NCBI RefSeq assembly: GCF_964355755.1
Contig: NC_092671.1
Location: 11,532,001-11,596,000, forward strand
Reading direction: 5' to 3'
Length of the DNA stretch: 64,000 nt
Source of the DNA: Antedon mediterranea
Taxonomy: Eukaryota; Animalia; Echinodermata
Of this stretch, positions 63,736 to 64,000 are shown piece after piece. The notes below the pieces were generated by a model. That model was not told the origin of the DNA. It did not search any database and saw nothing but the letters and a program-made list of their open reading frames with translations. Position 1 is the stretch's first letter. Every line of letters begins with the position of its first letter. A program made the translations under genes and the position numbers.

Positions 63736-64000
63736 AAGGTTAACCTACCTATTGGTGTCTGTCGCTAATTCCAGGTACATTTACCCAGTAAATCTCAAAT
63801 GCATGATAATATAACAAATTGTACAATATTTACATAGAGGATTCTCTATGGTATTTACACCTATGTACTTGAAGCATATTTAATGCTTACACATTCCACA
63901 TCGTAATCATTGGCTACATCATAGATGGACGTTTTGTTAGTTACCCTATGCATGTTGGTTGATATACAAGCTCATTTGAAATTATATCCCTATATTTACT

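Noticed and set aside
63563-63814. GC-rich 83-aa + strand ORF
   Set aside because: It is the antisense shadow of the RTE zinc-finger tail on the minus strand.

Overview
AT-rich, intron-rich metazoan genomic DNA. The Deu/Nin-type SINEs and Academ-, Kolobok- and Transib-type elements fit a marine invertebrate, but the species cannot be determined from this window. Five co-oriented + strand housekeeping genes were assembled by hand from GT-AG exons with consistent phases: the 3' half of LACTB (4 exons), STT3B (17 exons, 798 aa), SHMT2 (12 exons, 492 aa), YME1L1 (16 exons, 704 aa) and MTPAP (8 exons, 548 aa). Four of the five encode mitochondrial proteins. Introns and spacers hold many MITEs (Tc1/pogo-, Harbinger-, Kolobok-, Transib-, Sola2- and hAT-like), SINEs and LINE tails. 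The YME1L1-MTPAP spacer is a nested stack: a MITE-derived 17-bp satellite, split by a Deu-type SINE, split by a 3.9-kb Academ-like element that carries a 30-bp minisatellite. The most unusual signals are: (1) TAGGCCTA/TAGGCTA/TAGCCTA words piled up next to every visible gene start, against TACAGTA/TACTGTA words throughout gene bodies, both shaped like transposon excision footprints; (2) a degenerate hammerhead ribozyme in a Penelope-like repeat; (3) an intronic partial copy of STT3B exon 13; (4) a 92-bp palindrome between SHMT2 and YME1L1. All assignments come from reading the sequence and recalled family motifs; no database search was run.
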